IMG/VR virus record: IMGVR_UViG_3300014501_001247
Coordinates: 1-50,413 of that record
DNA length: 50,413 nucleotides
Source: a virus
Taxonomy: Duplodnaviria > Caudoviricetes
Direction: 5' to 3' (one strand)
Below the pieces are notes generated by a model, which ran no database searches, was not told the DNA's origin, and saw only the letters and a list, made by a program, of their open reading frames with translations. Position 1 is the stretch's first letter; each line of letters starts with the position of its first letter. Below are positions 6,412-16,104 of this stretch, piece after piece. Made by a program: the position numbers and the translations under genes.

Positions 6412-9099
6412 TCACCAGACCGGGAAAGAGCGGGTGGTGCCGTTATCGTTGATCGGGATCCATTTGGTGGGCGTCGTCGCGCCGGCAGGGCCGGCGGTGC
6501 CCAATGTCGGCGATGAACTGGCTCCGGTGCTGGTGATCGCCGCGGTCGAGGTGAAGATCGCGGTCGCACCGCCGGGCACGCCGAGCGTGCCACCGAAGTA
6601 GCCGGCGCCGGCAACGCCGAGGCCGCCGGCGATGGTGAGCGCGCCAGTCGTTTTGGACGAGGAGGCGGTGGTGCCGTTGAACGTGGCAACGGTCGTCGTC
6701 TGCCCTACATTGAGGCCGCCGCCGCTGCTGGTCTGCAAGTTCAGCTGAGATGCGTCGATCGAGAGCTGATTGCTATTGCCATAGGTCTGCAGGGTCGCCG
6801 ACGCGCTCGCCGCCGTGGCGTTGTAGAGCCACGAGAACAGGATGCCATGCGAGGAGTCCTGGCCGCAGAACAGATAGCTGTTGCCGGAGGCATTGTTGGC
6901 GAGCACCCCGACGACGCTTGCCAGCGCGCCGCCGACGTTGGGTCCGACATTGAGCTGCGTCGAATTGACCGTGAGCGACGTGGAGTTCCAAGTGCCGAAC
7001 GTGGTGGCGCCGTTGTTGCCGCCGACGAACTTGAAGCCGTCCGTCGTGCCAATTCCGGTCGTGGTCTGGAAGGTGAGCTGGGTGCTGGTCGTGCCCGTGC
7101 CGCCAATGATGAGCGGCGCGGTGATCGAAGTGGTGAAGATCGGCGAGGCGAGCGGGGCGACGCCGGTCAGCGTATTCGACGAAAAGGCAATCGTCTTGTT
7201 GGTCAGCGTCTGCGTCGCTGCATTGGCGGTGAGCGTATCGGTGACATCAGGCAGCGTCAGCACCGCCGAGCCGAGTGCGCCGGTCGGCGGCTCAAGCGTG
7301 ATCGTGCCGCTGGTCGTATTGGCGAAGGCGAGTTCGCCGGCATAGGTGCCGGCAAGACCCAGCGTGAGCACGCCGGGCGTGGTGCTCGAAAGCGCCGCGA
7401 TAGTTAAACCGCCGAGCTGAAAATAAATATTGCCCGCGCTCTGATTGATGCCGCCGTTAAAGCCGTCGAGGATGCCGACGGTCGCGGTTCGCGTATTGGT
7501 CGAATTGGTCAGCGCCCAGGTCGCTGCGGTGCCGCCCCCGGTGACGCTTATTGTGCCTGGAACGACAAGAGTGACACCAGTGGCGCTGACCGTGCCGACA
7601 GCAGCGTTATCGACCAACAACTGCCACGAATTGTTGCCGATCGTTCCAATAGCGCCGAGCGCCGAAGACGAATTGGCCTGCATCCGCATGTCCACGGTGC
7701 CGGACAGCGTCTGCGTGTACACAGGGCCGGAAGCAACTTGCGCAGCGATGCTGGCGCTGGATACGATGGTCGAATTTTCGAGGACCAGCGAATTGTTGCC
7801 GCTGGTCGCGTTCGACGAAATGTACCAAGCGCGATTGGTCCCGCTGCTCCACCAGGAGATCGCGTAATTGTCCGAACCGCCCGAAAGACTGATCGCCTCC
7901 GGCGGACTGTAGATAGTGCTGTCCAGCGCGCCCGTCCGAACAACAATCCCAGACCCGAACCCTCCGAGATTTGTTTGCCCACTGCCGCCATTTTTGGTGA
8001 TGCTGATCGCCGCGCTGACGGAGTATTGCAGGTAATCGGTGCTCGGCTCGCTGTTGCCGGCGTCGATTTGGATGCCAAAATTGTAAGGGCCTCCGGGCAC
8101 TGTCCGAGCATTGAGCGCGTTGACGCCGCTGTATCTGTTGACGGTCGCCAGCTCGATCCCGTAAGCGCCGCTCTCCGCAGTGAGGCTGTGAGCCTCGATA
8201 TATTGCCCCCAAGCGATGTTGCCGACGGCGGTACTGTCGGCAAAGGCGTAGTGCGCTGAGGCTAATGCGGCGTTCCCTGCGGCGTTCAGAGTGCGCGCGA
8301 CACTTTGTATTCCAGCCGCTTCGCCAAAGACACTGACGGCGAAGACCCCGAAGCCGGAGCCTCCGGGAGGGCTGTATGTGCTGGTCCCAGACCAATTTGC
8401 TCCAACTGACAGCCCGGAGCCTCCGGCTGCCATGACCCCGGAATTTCCTGCAATCGTAACGAAGCCGCCAGCCGGATTGAGAGCCAGCTCTGCTGTTGCA
8501 TTACCGAGCCAATTCCGAGCCTGTATCCAAGCGGGATAGGGATTCGTGAGCCCAACCCCGATGACGAGGGAGGTGGCGTTCGTGGTGCCATTGAAGGCGG
8601 CCAGGACGGCGCCGTTGTAGGTGAGGCTGGGATCGCTGTCGGTCCCGGCAACCGCAAGCCTTGCGTAGGTGAGCGTTGGCCCGCCAATGGCGAGGCGCAG
8701 CAAGGAGCTGCTGAAGGTGAGATCCGAGGTGCCGAGGTTGATCGGGTCGGGCGTCGTCAGCGCCCAGATGCCAGAGCCGTTGATGGTGCCAAGGTTGACG
8801 TGGACCTGGACGCCCGAGGCGATCAGCGTGTTGTTCTGAAAATCCGACGACGCCGCCCAGGCGCCGGTCGAGGCGTTATAGATGCCGTTGGTGGTCTGGT
8901 CGGTCTGGTCCTTGACCAGCACGCGATCGCCGGCATTGAGCGCGATGCCGTCGATCGTCTGCAGGCCGATGAGGACGATGTTGGAGCCGGTGGTCGCCGC
9001 CCGCACCGCGGTCTTCCAGGCAAGCCCGGCGTTCGGCGTCGACGACGACGGCGCTTCCGTGGCGTCCACGGTGGCGCCCAGCCGATCAGTGATCGCCAT
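6412..9099 (-). CDS. Tail fibre / receptor-binding protein (895 aa)
   Basis: N-terminal WK.AVRAATT.NI.L.GLQTIDG....GDRVLVKDQT....NGIY anchor domain; G/S/T/A-rich beta repeats; position after the ejection proteins. Confidence 0.88.
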   Translation of the reverse strand: MAITDRLGATVDATEAPSSSTPNAGLAWKTAVRAATTGSNIVLIGLQTIDGIALNAGDRVLVKDQTDQTTNGIYNASTGAWAASSDFQNNTLIASGVQVHVNLGTINGSGIWALTTPDPINLGTSDLTFSSSLLRLAIGGPTLTYARLAVAGTDSDPSLTYNGAVLAAFNGTTNATSLVIGVGLTNPYPAWIQARNWLGNATAELALNPAGGFVTIAGNSGVMAAGGSGLSVGANWSGTSTYSPPGGSGFGVFAVSVFGEAAGIQSVARTLNAAGNAALASAHYAFADSTAVGNIAWGQYIEAHSLTAESGAYGIELATVNRYSGVNALNARTVPGGPYNFGIQIDAGNSEPSTDYLQYSVSAAISITKNGGSGQTNLGGFGSGIVVRTGALDSTIYSPPEAISLSGGSDNYAISWWSSGTNRAWYISSNATSGNNSLVLENSTIVSSASIAAQVASGPVYTQTLSGTVDMRMQANSSSALGAIGTIGNNSWQLLVDNAAVGTVSATGVTLVVPGTISVTGGGTAATWALTNSTNTRTATVGILDGFNGGINQSAGNIYFQLGGLTIAALSSTTPGVLTLGLAGTYAGELAFANTTSGTITLEPPTGALGSAVLTLPDVTDTLTANAATQTLTNKTIAFSSNTLTGVAPLASPIFTTSITAPLIIGGTGTTSTQLTFQTTTGIGTTDGFKFVGGNNGATTFGTWNSTSLTVNSTQLNVGPNVGGALASVVGVLANNASGNSYLFCGQDSSHGILFSWLYNATAASASATLQTYGNSNQLSIDASQLNLQTSSGGGLNVGQTTTVATFNGTTASSSKTTGALTIAGGLGVAGAGYFGGTLGVPGGATAIFTSTAAITSTGASSSPTLGTAGPAGATTPTKWIPINDNGTTRSFPVW

Positions 9100-9146
9100 G
9101 AGCGCCTCCAGCAGTTATTAGATATTTGAGAAGTACGGGCCGGCGG

Positions 9147-11909
9147 CTACGAGCCGCCGAGGTTCCAGCCGAGCGGTGCGCGCGAGTTCGGCGAGGTGGC
9201 GGGCCGCTTGCCGCGGATCCAATCGTCGGTCTTCGACGGCGACACCCAGTATTGCGTGCCGGCCTGCTGCGCCTGGCGCTGCTCGGCGCGCTTGAGGTAG
9301 CCCGGCGAAATCCACTCCTGCAGGCGGTGCCAGACGAGAGTGTCCATCGCGAGCCCCGTCGCCCACAGGTTCATGAACGGGATGTTGTCGTGGGCGAGCC
9401 GCAGCACGTCGGCGCCGCGCTCGCGCATCGCAGAGCCTGACAGCATGCCGTCCTTGGTGCGGCCGCCGGCGTGCAGGAGATCCATCAGGATGTCGATCTG
9501 CGAAAACGTAGGTCCGGCGAGCGAGCCCACCGCCGAAAAACCGTGACGGTCGAACTCGCCGAGCAGGAAGTCTCCGATCAGCGAGCCGAAGCCGGAGCGC
9601 TGGCCGCCCTTGAGCATGGCGCCGATCGGCGAGTGCTCGAGCTCGGCGATCGGGTTCTTGCCCTGGATCGCCTCGCGCACCGTCTCGGAGGCAACACCGA
9701 ACACGATGGCACCGACCGCGGCCTCGACCAAACCCGCGACGCGGTCCATGCGGCCGTCGCCGATGGTGCCGTACATCTCGCGGCCCCAGGCGCGCACGAT
9801 CATGTCGGCCGGCCAGATCTTGAACTGGTAGACCAGCCGCAGCGCCGTGTTGATCGCCGTGCCGGGCTCGAAATTCTTGCCGAACAGGATGGCGCGGATC
9901 CGCGCGCTCGGCATCGGGATGGCAAAGCCGGCGCGGTCGGAATAGGCCGCCGCCAGCGTGGCGGCGAGATCGTCGCGGCCCTTGCTGATGTCGTCGCCGG
10001 TCGGCTCGCCGCGGCCGAGCGAGGCGAACTCGCTCTCCTTGAGATAGGCCTTGACCTGGTCGTCGCTGAGTTTCAGCGCGTCCGACGGCGTGAGATAGGT
10101 GCGCTCGCCGAACTTCGACCACTCGACGCCGTGCAGCGCCTTCCATTCCGCCTGGCCGATGCCGAAGCCCTGCAGCACGCGCTGCTCCTTGGGCCCGATC
10201 GCGTTCCAGTCGAGCCCGCGCTTTGAGCCGAGATGCGAGGCGAACATCGCCTCGGCGTCGCCGCGCTGGTTGTCGACCACCGAGGACACGCCGGTGAGCT
10301 TGAAGAAGGTCGACTCCCACTGCGCCATGCGCCCGCCCGGCGCGTCGGCGACGTCGTACATCGCCATCATGTGGCCGAGCCGGTTCTCGAACGCGACCAG
10401 CGTGGCGTCGAGCGCCTCGCGCTTGGCCGAGCCCTCGGCGCCCTGCGTCATGCCGGAGAACAGCGAGCCGTAGCGGCGCGCGAACGGGATGCCCCAGTAG
10501 CGCGCCTCGATCGCCTTCGAAGGGAGCGAGGCGAAGTGGGTGAGCGCGACGCGGCCGAGTTTTGCCATGCGCTGGATCGCCATCCAGTTGGAGGCGATGT
10601 TGGCGACCGTGCGGTTGACCGGCCGCTGCGCCGAGCCGTCGATCTGGGCGAAGCGGTTGCGCAGCGCCTGGTCCCAGCTCGAGAAGTCCTCGAAGGCACC
10701 TTTGCCGGCCTCGATCGAGGCCTCGAGCGCGGCGATCTGTTTTGCGCGCTCCGGCGTCGGCGTGCCTTCCTGCAGATCCTTGAGCTTGCCGAGCTTGGTG
10801 ACGTTGCGCTCGCTCTCCTTCTGCAGCTGCGACTTGCGCACGTCCATGTCGCGGTCGAACGCCTCGGCCGGCTTGGTGCCAAACTCCTTCATCAGCGCCG
10901 TTCTTCGCGCGCCGATGACGAGCGCCTCGATGACGGTGCGGGTGGCGTTGTGCACGCCGTATTGCTCGTTATAGGCGCGCCAGTCGGCGCCGCTCTTGAA
11001 GTGCAGCTCGCGCGCGGCGCCGGCTTGCTTGGCCGTGTTCGGATACATCGGCTCGTCGAGCGGGCGGCCGTAGTCGAAGTGATCGCCGTCCTTGAGCGGC
11101 GTCCACATCACGCGCAGCGCGTCGAGCGCGCGCTGGCGGTCCGTGGTGCCGAAGGTGCGCTTGAGGTCGAGCTTGCCGATGGTGTCGCCAACCCATTTCT
11201 CGGGCCCGGCGTTCCGGATTGCGTCGGTGTCGTGCGAGGACCGCGTGATATAGCCCGAATAGGAGCGCACCCAGGCGCCCTCGCGGTTGAGCGACGCCAT
11301 CGCCTGGCGCTGCCACTTCTGCACCGTCTTGGCGATTTGCAGCGCCTGGGCGTCGCCGGTGCGGCCGCCCGTGCCGCCGCGATTGAGATCGAACAGCTCG
11401 TCGGTCCACTTGTCCTCGATCGAGCGCGTGGCGAAGACCTTGAGCAGCCCGGCCTTCTCGAGGTCGCCCGCCATGCCGCCGACCCAGAGCCGGCGCAGCG
11501 CCACGTACTGCGCGTCGACCGACAGGCGATTTTTCAGGAACGGCAGATTGACGCCAACGAGCTTCGCCTCGATGACGATGCGCGCCGCCTGGCGGATGAG
11601 CCGCTTGGCGAGCTTCGAGCGCACCGGCAGTTTTGCGATCTGCTCCTCGACCTTGGCGTAATAGCGCGCCCGCGAGAAATCCTTGCGGGTGTCCATGATC
11701 TGGGCGCGGCGGGCGAGCGCGGCGCGCTCCGAGATCTCGTTGAGCATCTCGTCGCGCGCGCGCGCGTAGGCCTCGTCGGGCCCGAGCCCGCCGGTCTCCT
11801 GATAGTCCTGCGCCCGCGCATCGATGGCGTCGAGCAGCTCGTCGACGTCCTCGCGCTTGCGCCCGGTGCGCTTGGCGATGTCGTCAAGACAGTCCTTGCG
11901 CGACGGCAT
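9147..11909 (-). CDS. Large internal virion (DNA ejection) protein (920 aa)
   Basis: Long helical ORF with hydrophobic C-terminal segments; syntenic with T7 gp16-like genes. Confidence 0.75.
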   Translation of the reverse strand: MPSRKDCLDDIAKRTGRKREDVDELLDAIDARAQDYQETGGLGPDEAYARARDEMLNEISERAALARRAQIMDTRKDFSRARYYAKVEEQIAKLPVRSKLAKRLIRQAARIVIEAKLVGVNLPFLKNRLSVDAQYVALRRLWVGGMAGDLEKAGLLKVFATRSIEDKWTDELFDLNRGGTGGRTGDAQALQIAKTVQKWQRQAMASLNREGAWVRSYSGYITRSSHDTDAIRNAGPEKWVGDTIGKLDLKRTFGTTDRQRALDALRVMWTPLKDGDHFDYGRPLDEPMYPNTAKQAGAARELHFKSGADWRAYNEQYGVHNATRTVIEALVIGARRTALMKEFGTKPAEAFDRDMDVRKSQLQKESERNVTKLGKLKDLQEGTPTPERAKQIAALEASIEAGKGAFEDFSSWDQALRNRFAQIDGSAQRPVNRTVANIASNWMAIQRMAKLGRVALTHFASLPSKAIEARYWGIPFARRYGSLFSGMTQGAEGSAKREALDATLVAFENRLGHMMAMYDVADAPGGRMAQWESTFFKLTGVSSVVDNQRGDAEAMFASHLGSKRGLDWNAIGPKEQRVLQGFGIGQAEWKALHGVEWSKFGERTYLTPSDALKLSDDQVKAYLKESEFASLGRGEPTGDDISKGRDDLAATLAAAYSDRAGFAIPMPSARIRAILFGKNFEPGTAINTALRLVYQFKIWPADMIVRAWGREMYGTIGDGRMDRVAGLVEAAVGAIVFGVASETVREAIQGKNPIAELEHSPIGAMLKGGQRSGFGSLIGDFLLGEFDRHGFSAVGSLAGPTFSQIDILMDLLHAGGRTKDGMLSGSAMRERGADVLRLAHDNIPFMNLWATGLAMDTLVWHRLQEWISPGYLKRAEQRQAQQAGTQYWVSPSKTDDWIRGKRPATSPNSRAPLGWNLGGS

Positions 11910-11912
11910 CGC

Positions 11913-12116
11913 CTAGCCCTCGGCCTCGCCGGGGCGCAGCGGCGCCACGGTCGGCGGCGCGCTGCGATCGCCGGCGCTCGCCGGGCCGGCGGTGACGGAA
12001 TAGACCGTCATCGCCGCGCCGCAGCCCGCGCACGACGGGTTATGCCCGGTGAGGACGTCCTCGCGCGTCATGTCGAAGCCGTCGCGGCAGGCCGGGCATT
12101 GCGCGCTGTAGGTCAC
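11913..12116 (-). CDS. Small zinc-ribbon protein (CPAC...CAGC)
   Basis: GAGGGGGG RBS before GTG 12116 (alternative ATG 12134); two CxxC pairs. Confidence 0.55.
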   Translation of the reverse strand: MTYSAQCPACRDGFDMTREDVLTGHNPSCAGCGAAMTVYSVTAGPASAGDRSAPPTVAPLRPGEAEG

Positions 12117-12227
12117 GCTGCGCGCCCCCCTCATGCCGTGGCCTCCCGGTCAATATTCAAACGGGTGTTCATTTTTGCAGAGACAGGGCGCCGCGGCGCT
12201 GGCATCGTGCGCGCCGCGAAAGGGTGG

Positions 12228-12464
12228 ATGGTCATGGGCCCTGAGGAGTACCGCGCCAACGCGCGCCAGTGCCGGCGCTGGGCCGCCGAGGCCGTGTGCC
12301 GAGACAACCGCGAGGCCTTCGAGGACCTCGCCAGGAGCTGGGAGGCCGCGGCGCTGCGCCTCGAGCAATCCCCGCTCCCCGAAACCGCCGTCAGCCAATC
12401 GCCGCCGCAAGGCACGCCGCACCGTCCCGCACAATCGTCTCGCGCGCCTCGGCGTCGTGCTTGA
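12228..12464 (+). CDS. Small Rhizobiales-type helical hypothetical protein, antisense to the late operon
   Basis: AGGGTGG RBS; EEYRANARQCRRWA....REAFEDLARSWEAAA pattern resembles small Hyphomicrobiales proteins; 3' end overlaps the stop of the 16104 gene. Confidence 0.55.
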   Translation: MVMGPEEYRANARQCRRWAAEAVCRDNREAFEDLARSWEAAALRLEQSPLPETAVSQSPPQGTPHRPAQSSRAPRRRA

Positions 12465-15400
12465 GATCGGCGAGCGCGTCCTCGAAGGTCTTGCGCTCGC
12501 TTTCCGTCAGTCGCGGCATGATGTCGGCGAGGAGCTTGTCGGCGTCGGCCGCCGCAGCCTGCGCCGCGCTCACCGCCTTCTCGGGCGTCTCCGGCGGCGC
12601 CGGCGCCCGCTCAGCCTCGCGTGAGGCGTCGGTCAGCTCCTCGTCTGGTTCGCTGCGCCTGGCGAGCGCTTGCCAGTCGGCGCGGCCGGCGGCAGCCCGT
12701 TGCGGCGATCGATCAGCCGCGCCAGCTGCTCGTGACCCGCCGCGATCGCCTTCGCCTCGGGCGTCCCCTTCTGGTGCAGCCGGCTCGCTTCCACCCGATG
12801 CTGCGCGGCCGTCATCAGCGTCGTCCCAGCCGGGGATGTGATCGGCGAAGCGTTCGACCGTACCAGTTTCGGCTTCACGGTAGTGCTCCTCCATCACCGC
12901 GCGCTCGAGCGCCGACAGCGGGTCGGACTCGCCTTCGCGCCTCATGATTTCTACCACACGGGCGCGCCGCGCGGCAGGCATCTTGTCGATGTCGTCCCCA
13001 ACCTCCGCGAGCGCGGCCGCGAGCTCGCCGTCCGCCTTCTCGGCGTGGTGCTGCTCCGCGTCCTCGAGGCGCTCGCGCTCGGCGGCCTCGACGTGTTCTG
13101 GAACGCGGTCGTGGGGATAGACGCGCTTGCCGCGCAGTTCGCTGTCCATCGCCTCGAGGAGGTCGTTGAGGGTGCTGCCGGTGACGCCGCCCTTGGCCTC
13201 GCCGGCGTCGTGCAGATAGCCGGCCTCGACCGCCGCCTCGCGGGCGTGGTCGAGACGCATGCCGCCCTTGCGCACCAGGTCGCCGAAGCCGGGAATAAAC
13301 TTGCGCTTGCCGCCGGTGACCGCGTGCACGTCGCCGATCATCGGATCGGCCGGATCGATGCCGCCGCGTGAGGCGAGGAATTCCAGCAGCGACCAGGTCT
13401 GTGGATCCCGCGCGCGCGGGCCGCGACCGCCAGGACGCCGCGCCGCGCCTGGCAACGCCGGGCCGGCGTCGGCCGCGGTCGGCCATTCCGCCGCCGCGCC
13501 CTTCTCCTCGTGCTTGACGCCCTCGACCTGGTTGTGCGGATAGGGCTTCTTGTAGAGGTTCGCCGGCGGGTCTTTCGGGTTTTCGTGCTCGGTGATCTTG
13601 TCCTGCTTCGCCCACCACTTGTTGACCTCGTCGACGTCGATGCCGTTCGCCCGATACCAGGCGTCTTCGGCGGGCTCGGCGTATTCGTGGTGCGCCGTCT
13701 CGTAGATCGCGTCGAGCTCCTTGGCGTTCGGCTCACGCCCCTCGCGGGCGCGGAATTTCGCGATGAGCCGCTGCATGACGAGCTTTTCGACCTGCTCGTG
13801 GATGTTGGCCGGGATCGCGGGGTCGAAGGTCTTGCCGCTGATGGTGACCTGGCGCGGCAGGCGCTTGTCGACGTTGGTCGTGAGATCGGCGCCTTCGCTG
13901 GCGCCGGCCTCGTAGGGCACGTCGTTCCCTCGGTTGATGCGCGGGTTCTCCAGCGCCTGGCGGATCTCCGGCAGCTGCAGCACCGCGTCGACCGCCGGGC
14001 GCCCGGTGCGCAGCGGCGGATTGTTGACGACGGGCTGCGCCGCCTTCATCTCGTCGAGCCCGACCTCCTCGCCGTTCTTGTGGGTGATGCGGATGAGTTT
14101 GTCGTCGAAGACGACGTGGTTGCGGGTGCGACCTACGCTCTCGTTCTGAGCGATCTGGGCTTCGATGGCCGCAACGCGCTGTTCTTCGGCCTTGATCCTC
14201 TCCGGATCGCCGCTGGCGCGAGCCTTCGCAAGATCCTTCCTGTTCTCGGCCAGGGCGTATTGCAACTCCTTGTCAGGCAGCCGTGAGCCCTGGTCGAGAT
14301 ATTTGATGCCGGGAATGCCGGCCTCTCTAAGTGTTGCGCTCGCCTCATGCGGTTCGCGGCTCGGCACCGGGAAAGGTGCACCGGTATCCAGATCAACGCC
14401 GATGCTGCTTGGTCGCTCCGACAGCCTCTGCGCCAACCGATTGTAGAAGTCCCGCCCGCTATGGTGCCACTTGGCGGCTGTGCCGCTCACCACGGGATTT
14501 GGATGCTTCTCAATGGCGTTGCGCACATGTTCGCTCTGCTCGCTCAGCGGCTTGTCCCAGTCGAGGAAGTGTTCCGGGTTAGCGTTGATGCGGACCCTGT
14601 AGAGTGTGCCCGGGGTCTTCGGGGTCGCGCCGGACTCCAGCAAATCGGCGGCCCGCAGCAGCACGTCAGGCTGCACCTTGTCGCCAGGAGCGAAGTTTTT
14701 CGCGTTGTCTCGAAGCGCCTCAATTGCAGCTTCGCGGTCGCTGAGACCGCGCAAGTAAGCGGAGGCGACGTCGTTTGCGTTGGAGAGGTCGCCGACGCTG
14801 AGCTTGTTGCGGTAGCCGGCAGCGACTTCCTCGTTCTCCGCCAAATAGAAGCCGTGGCCGTAGCTCTGTGAGCCCTCGCCGGTGCCGATCTTGCTGCTGT
14901 CGAACGCCTCAAAATCGTGCGGCGAGCCGTGCCAGGCGTCGATCGACTCGGCGATGCGCGGATCTTCCTTGCCAGCTTCCTGCAGCATCTCGCCGGCGCG
15001 CACCGGCTCGCCGTTGATCACGTCGGCGATCGCGGCCTGCACCACATCCTGCTGCGCCGCCGGCGGCAGGTCGGCCAAGACGTCGGCCGGATGCGGCGGA
15101 ATAGTCCGCGGTGCCGGCTCGCCAAAGGCCTGTTCCGCGGGCGCTTCTGCAGGCAGTGGACGAGCAGGGGCGGAGATGCCCGGCACCTCGTCCACGTCGA
15201 CGCCCTCGCCCGAGAGCGCCGCCTCGGGCAGATGCGTGCCGGCGGCGCCGAGCTTTTCGACGATGTCGGCGGCGTGGGTGTCGCCGGCGAGCGCCCGGGC
15301 GCGCAGATCCTCGATCGAGCCGCGGAGCGGCTTGCCGCGGGCGCGGGCGAAACGGTCGCTGAGCGCGCCGCCGCCGCCATGGAACACCGCACCCATGCCG

Positions 15401-16104
15401 GCGGAGAGCACCACCGACTTGAGCGCGTCTGCGTAGGTGTAATCCTCGCCGTCCTGGCTGTGCAGCCACCAGTCGGCCGGCGCAAGCGCGGCGCCGCCGA
15501 CCGCGCCCTGCGCGGCGCCGACGCCGATGCGCAAGAGCGCGCGAGACGTGATGCTGTCGCCGGCCTTCGCCAGCATCATCCCGTAGCGCGCCTCGCCGAG
15601 CACCGGGATCGAGAACGCCGCGGCGTTGACCGGGTCGATCATGCCGGCGCCGATCGCCGTGACGGCGCCGAGCACGCCCGGCAGAAAACCCTGCGGCCCG
15701 CGGTTGACCGCGGCGGCGTACTGCGCCCGCTCGCGCGCGTCCTCGAGCATCATGTCGAGCACCGGGCCGCGGATCGTGTCCTGGTCCGGCAGTTTGATTT
15801 GGCTCTCGAGCCCGGCGTTCTTGACCCGCGCACGCGCCTCGGCGATCGGCACGTCGGGCGTGGGCGCCACCGTGGTCAGCGCCGGATCCACAAAGCCTGC
15901 GCCCTCGCCCATGCCGGCGCCGACGGTGTTGAGCTGCGGCGCGTTGCTCTCGGCGCCGAGATACTGCGCGCCGCGCACCAGCGTGCGCGTGCCGCCCATG
16001 AAGGCTTCGCCCGCTTGCGCGGAAAGGCTTTCGCCGAGCGAGGAGTGCAGCTCGGAAGCGTGCAGCTCGCCAAAATCGTCCGGCGTCGCGAAGGTCTCGC
16101 TCAC
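12391..16104 (-). CDS. Internal virion/ejection protein with an ADP-ribosyltransferase-like (ART-PolyVal) domain (1237 aa)
   Basis: GTGA-coupled start; N-terminal ejection-protein-like region; central AWHGSPHDF..FD..KIGTGEG.QSYGHGFYLAEN..VA.GY ... GIPGIKYLD ... NHVVFD motif set. Confidence 0.8.
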   Translation of the reverse strand: MSETFATPDDFGELHASELHSSLGESLSAQAGEAFMGGTRTLVRGAQYLGAESNAPQLNTVGAGMGEGAGFVDPALTTVAPTPDVPIAEARARVKNAGLESQIKLPDQDTIRGPVLDMMLEDARERAQYAAAVNRGPQGFLPGVLGAVTAIGAGMIDPVNAAAFSIPVLGEARYGMMLAKAGDSITSRALLRIGVGAAQGAVGGAALAPADWWLHSQDGEDYTYADALKSVVLSAGMGAVFHGGGGALSDRFARARGKPLRGSIEDLRARALAGDTHAADIVEKLGAAGTHLPEAALSGEGVDVDEVPGISAPARPLPAEAPAEQAFGEPAPRTIPPHPADVLADLPPAAQQDVVQAAIADVINGEPVRAGEMLQEAGKEDPRIAESIDAWHGSPHDFEAFDSSKIGTGEGSQSYGHGFYLAENEEVAAGYRNKLSVGDLSNANDVASAYLRGLSDREAAIEALRDNAKNFAPGDKVQPDVLLRAADLLESGATPKTPGTLYRVRINANPEHFLDWDKPLSEQSEHVRNAIEKHPNPVVSGTAAKWHHSGRDFYNRLAQRLSERPSSIGVDLDTGAPFPVPSREPHEASATLREAGIPGIKYLDQGSRLPDKELQYALAENRKDLAKARASGDPERIKAEEQRVAAIEAQIAQNESVGRTRNHVVFDDKLIRITHKNGEEVGLDEMKAAQPVVNNPPLRTGRPAVDAVLQLPEIRQALENPRINRGNDVPYEAGASEGADLTTNVDKRLPRQVTISGKTFDPAIPANIHEQVEKLVMQRLIAKFRAREGREPNAKELDAIYETAHHEYAEPAEDAWYRANGIDVDEVNKWWAKQDKITEHENPKDPPANLYKKPYPHNQVEGVKHEEKGAAAEWPTAADAGPALPGAARRPGGRGPRARDPQTWSLLEFLASRGGIDPADPMIGDVHAVTGGKRKFIPGFGDLVRKGGMRLDHAREAAVEAGYLHDAGEAKGGVTGSTLNDLLEAMDSELRGKRVYPHDRVPEHVEAAERERLEDAEQHHAEKADGELAAALAEVGDDIDKMPAARRARVVEIMRREGESDPLSALERAVMEEHYREAETGTVERFADHIPGWDDADDGRAASGGSEPAAPEGDARGEGDRGGSRAAGAADRSPQRAAAGRADWQALARRSEPDEELTDASREAERAPAPPETPEKAVSAAQAAAADADKLLADIMPRLTESERKTFEDALADLKHDAEARETIVRDGAACLAAAIG

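Noticed and set aside
10233-12227. Long + strand ORFs opposite the structural genes (e.g. 10233-12464, 20017-22143, 32137-34203)
   Set aside because: Antisense shadows of high-GC3 genes with Arg/Ala-rich nonsense composition. Only the last 78 codons of the 10233 ORF look like a real gene.
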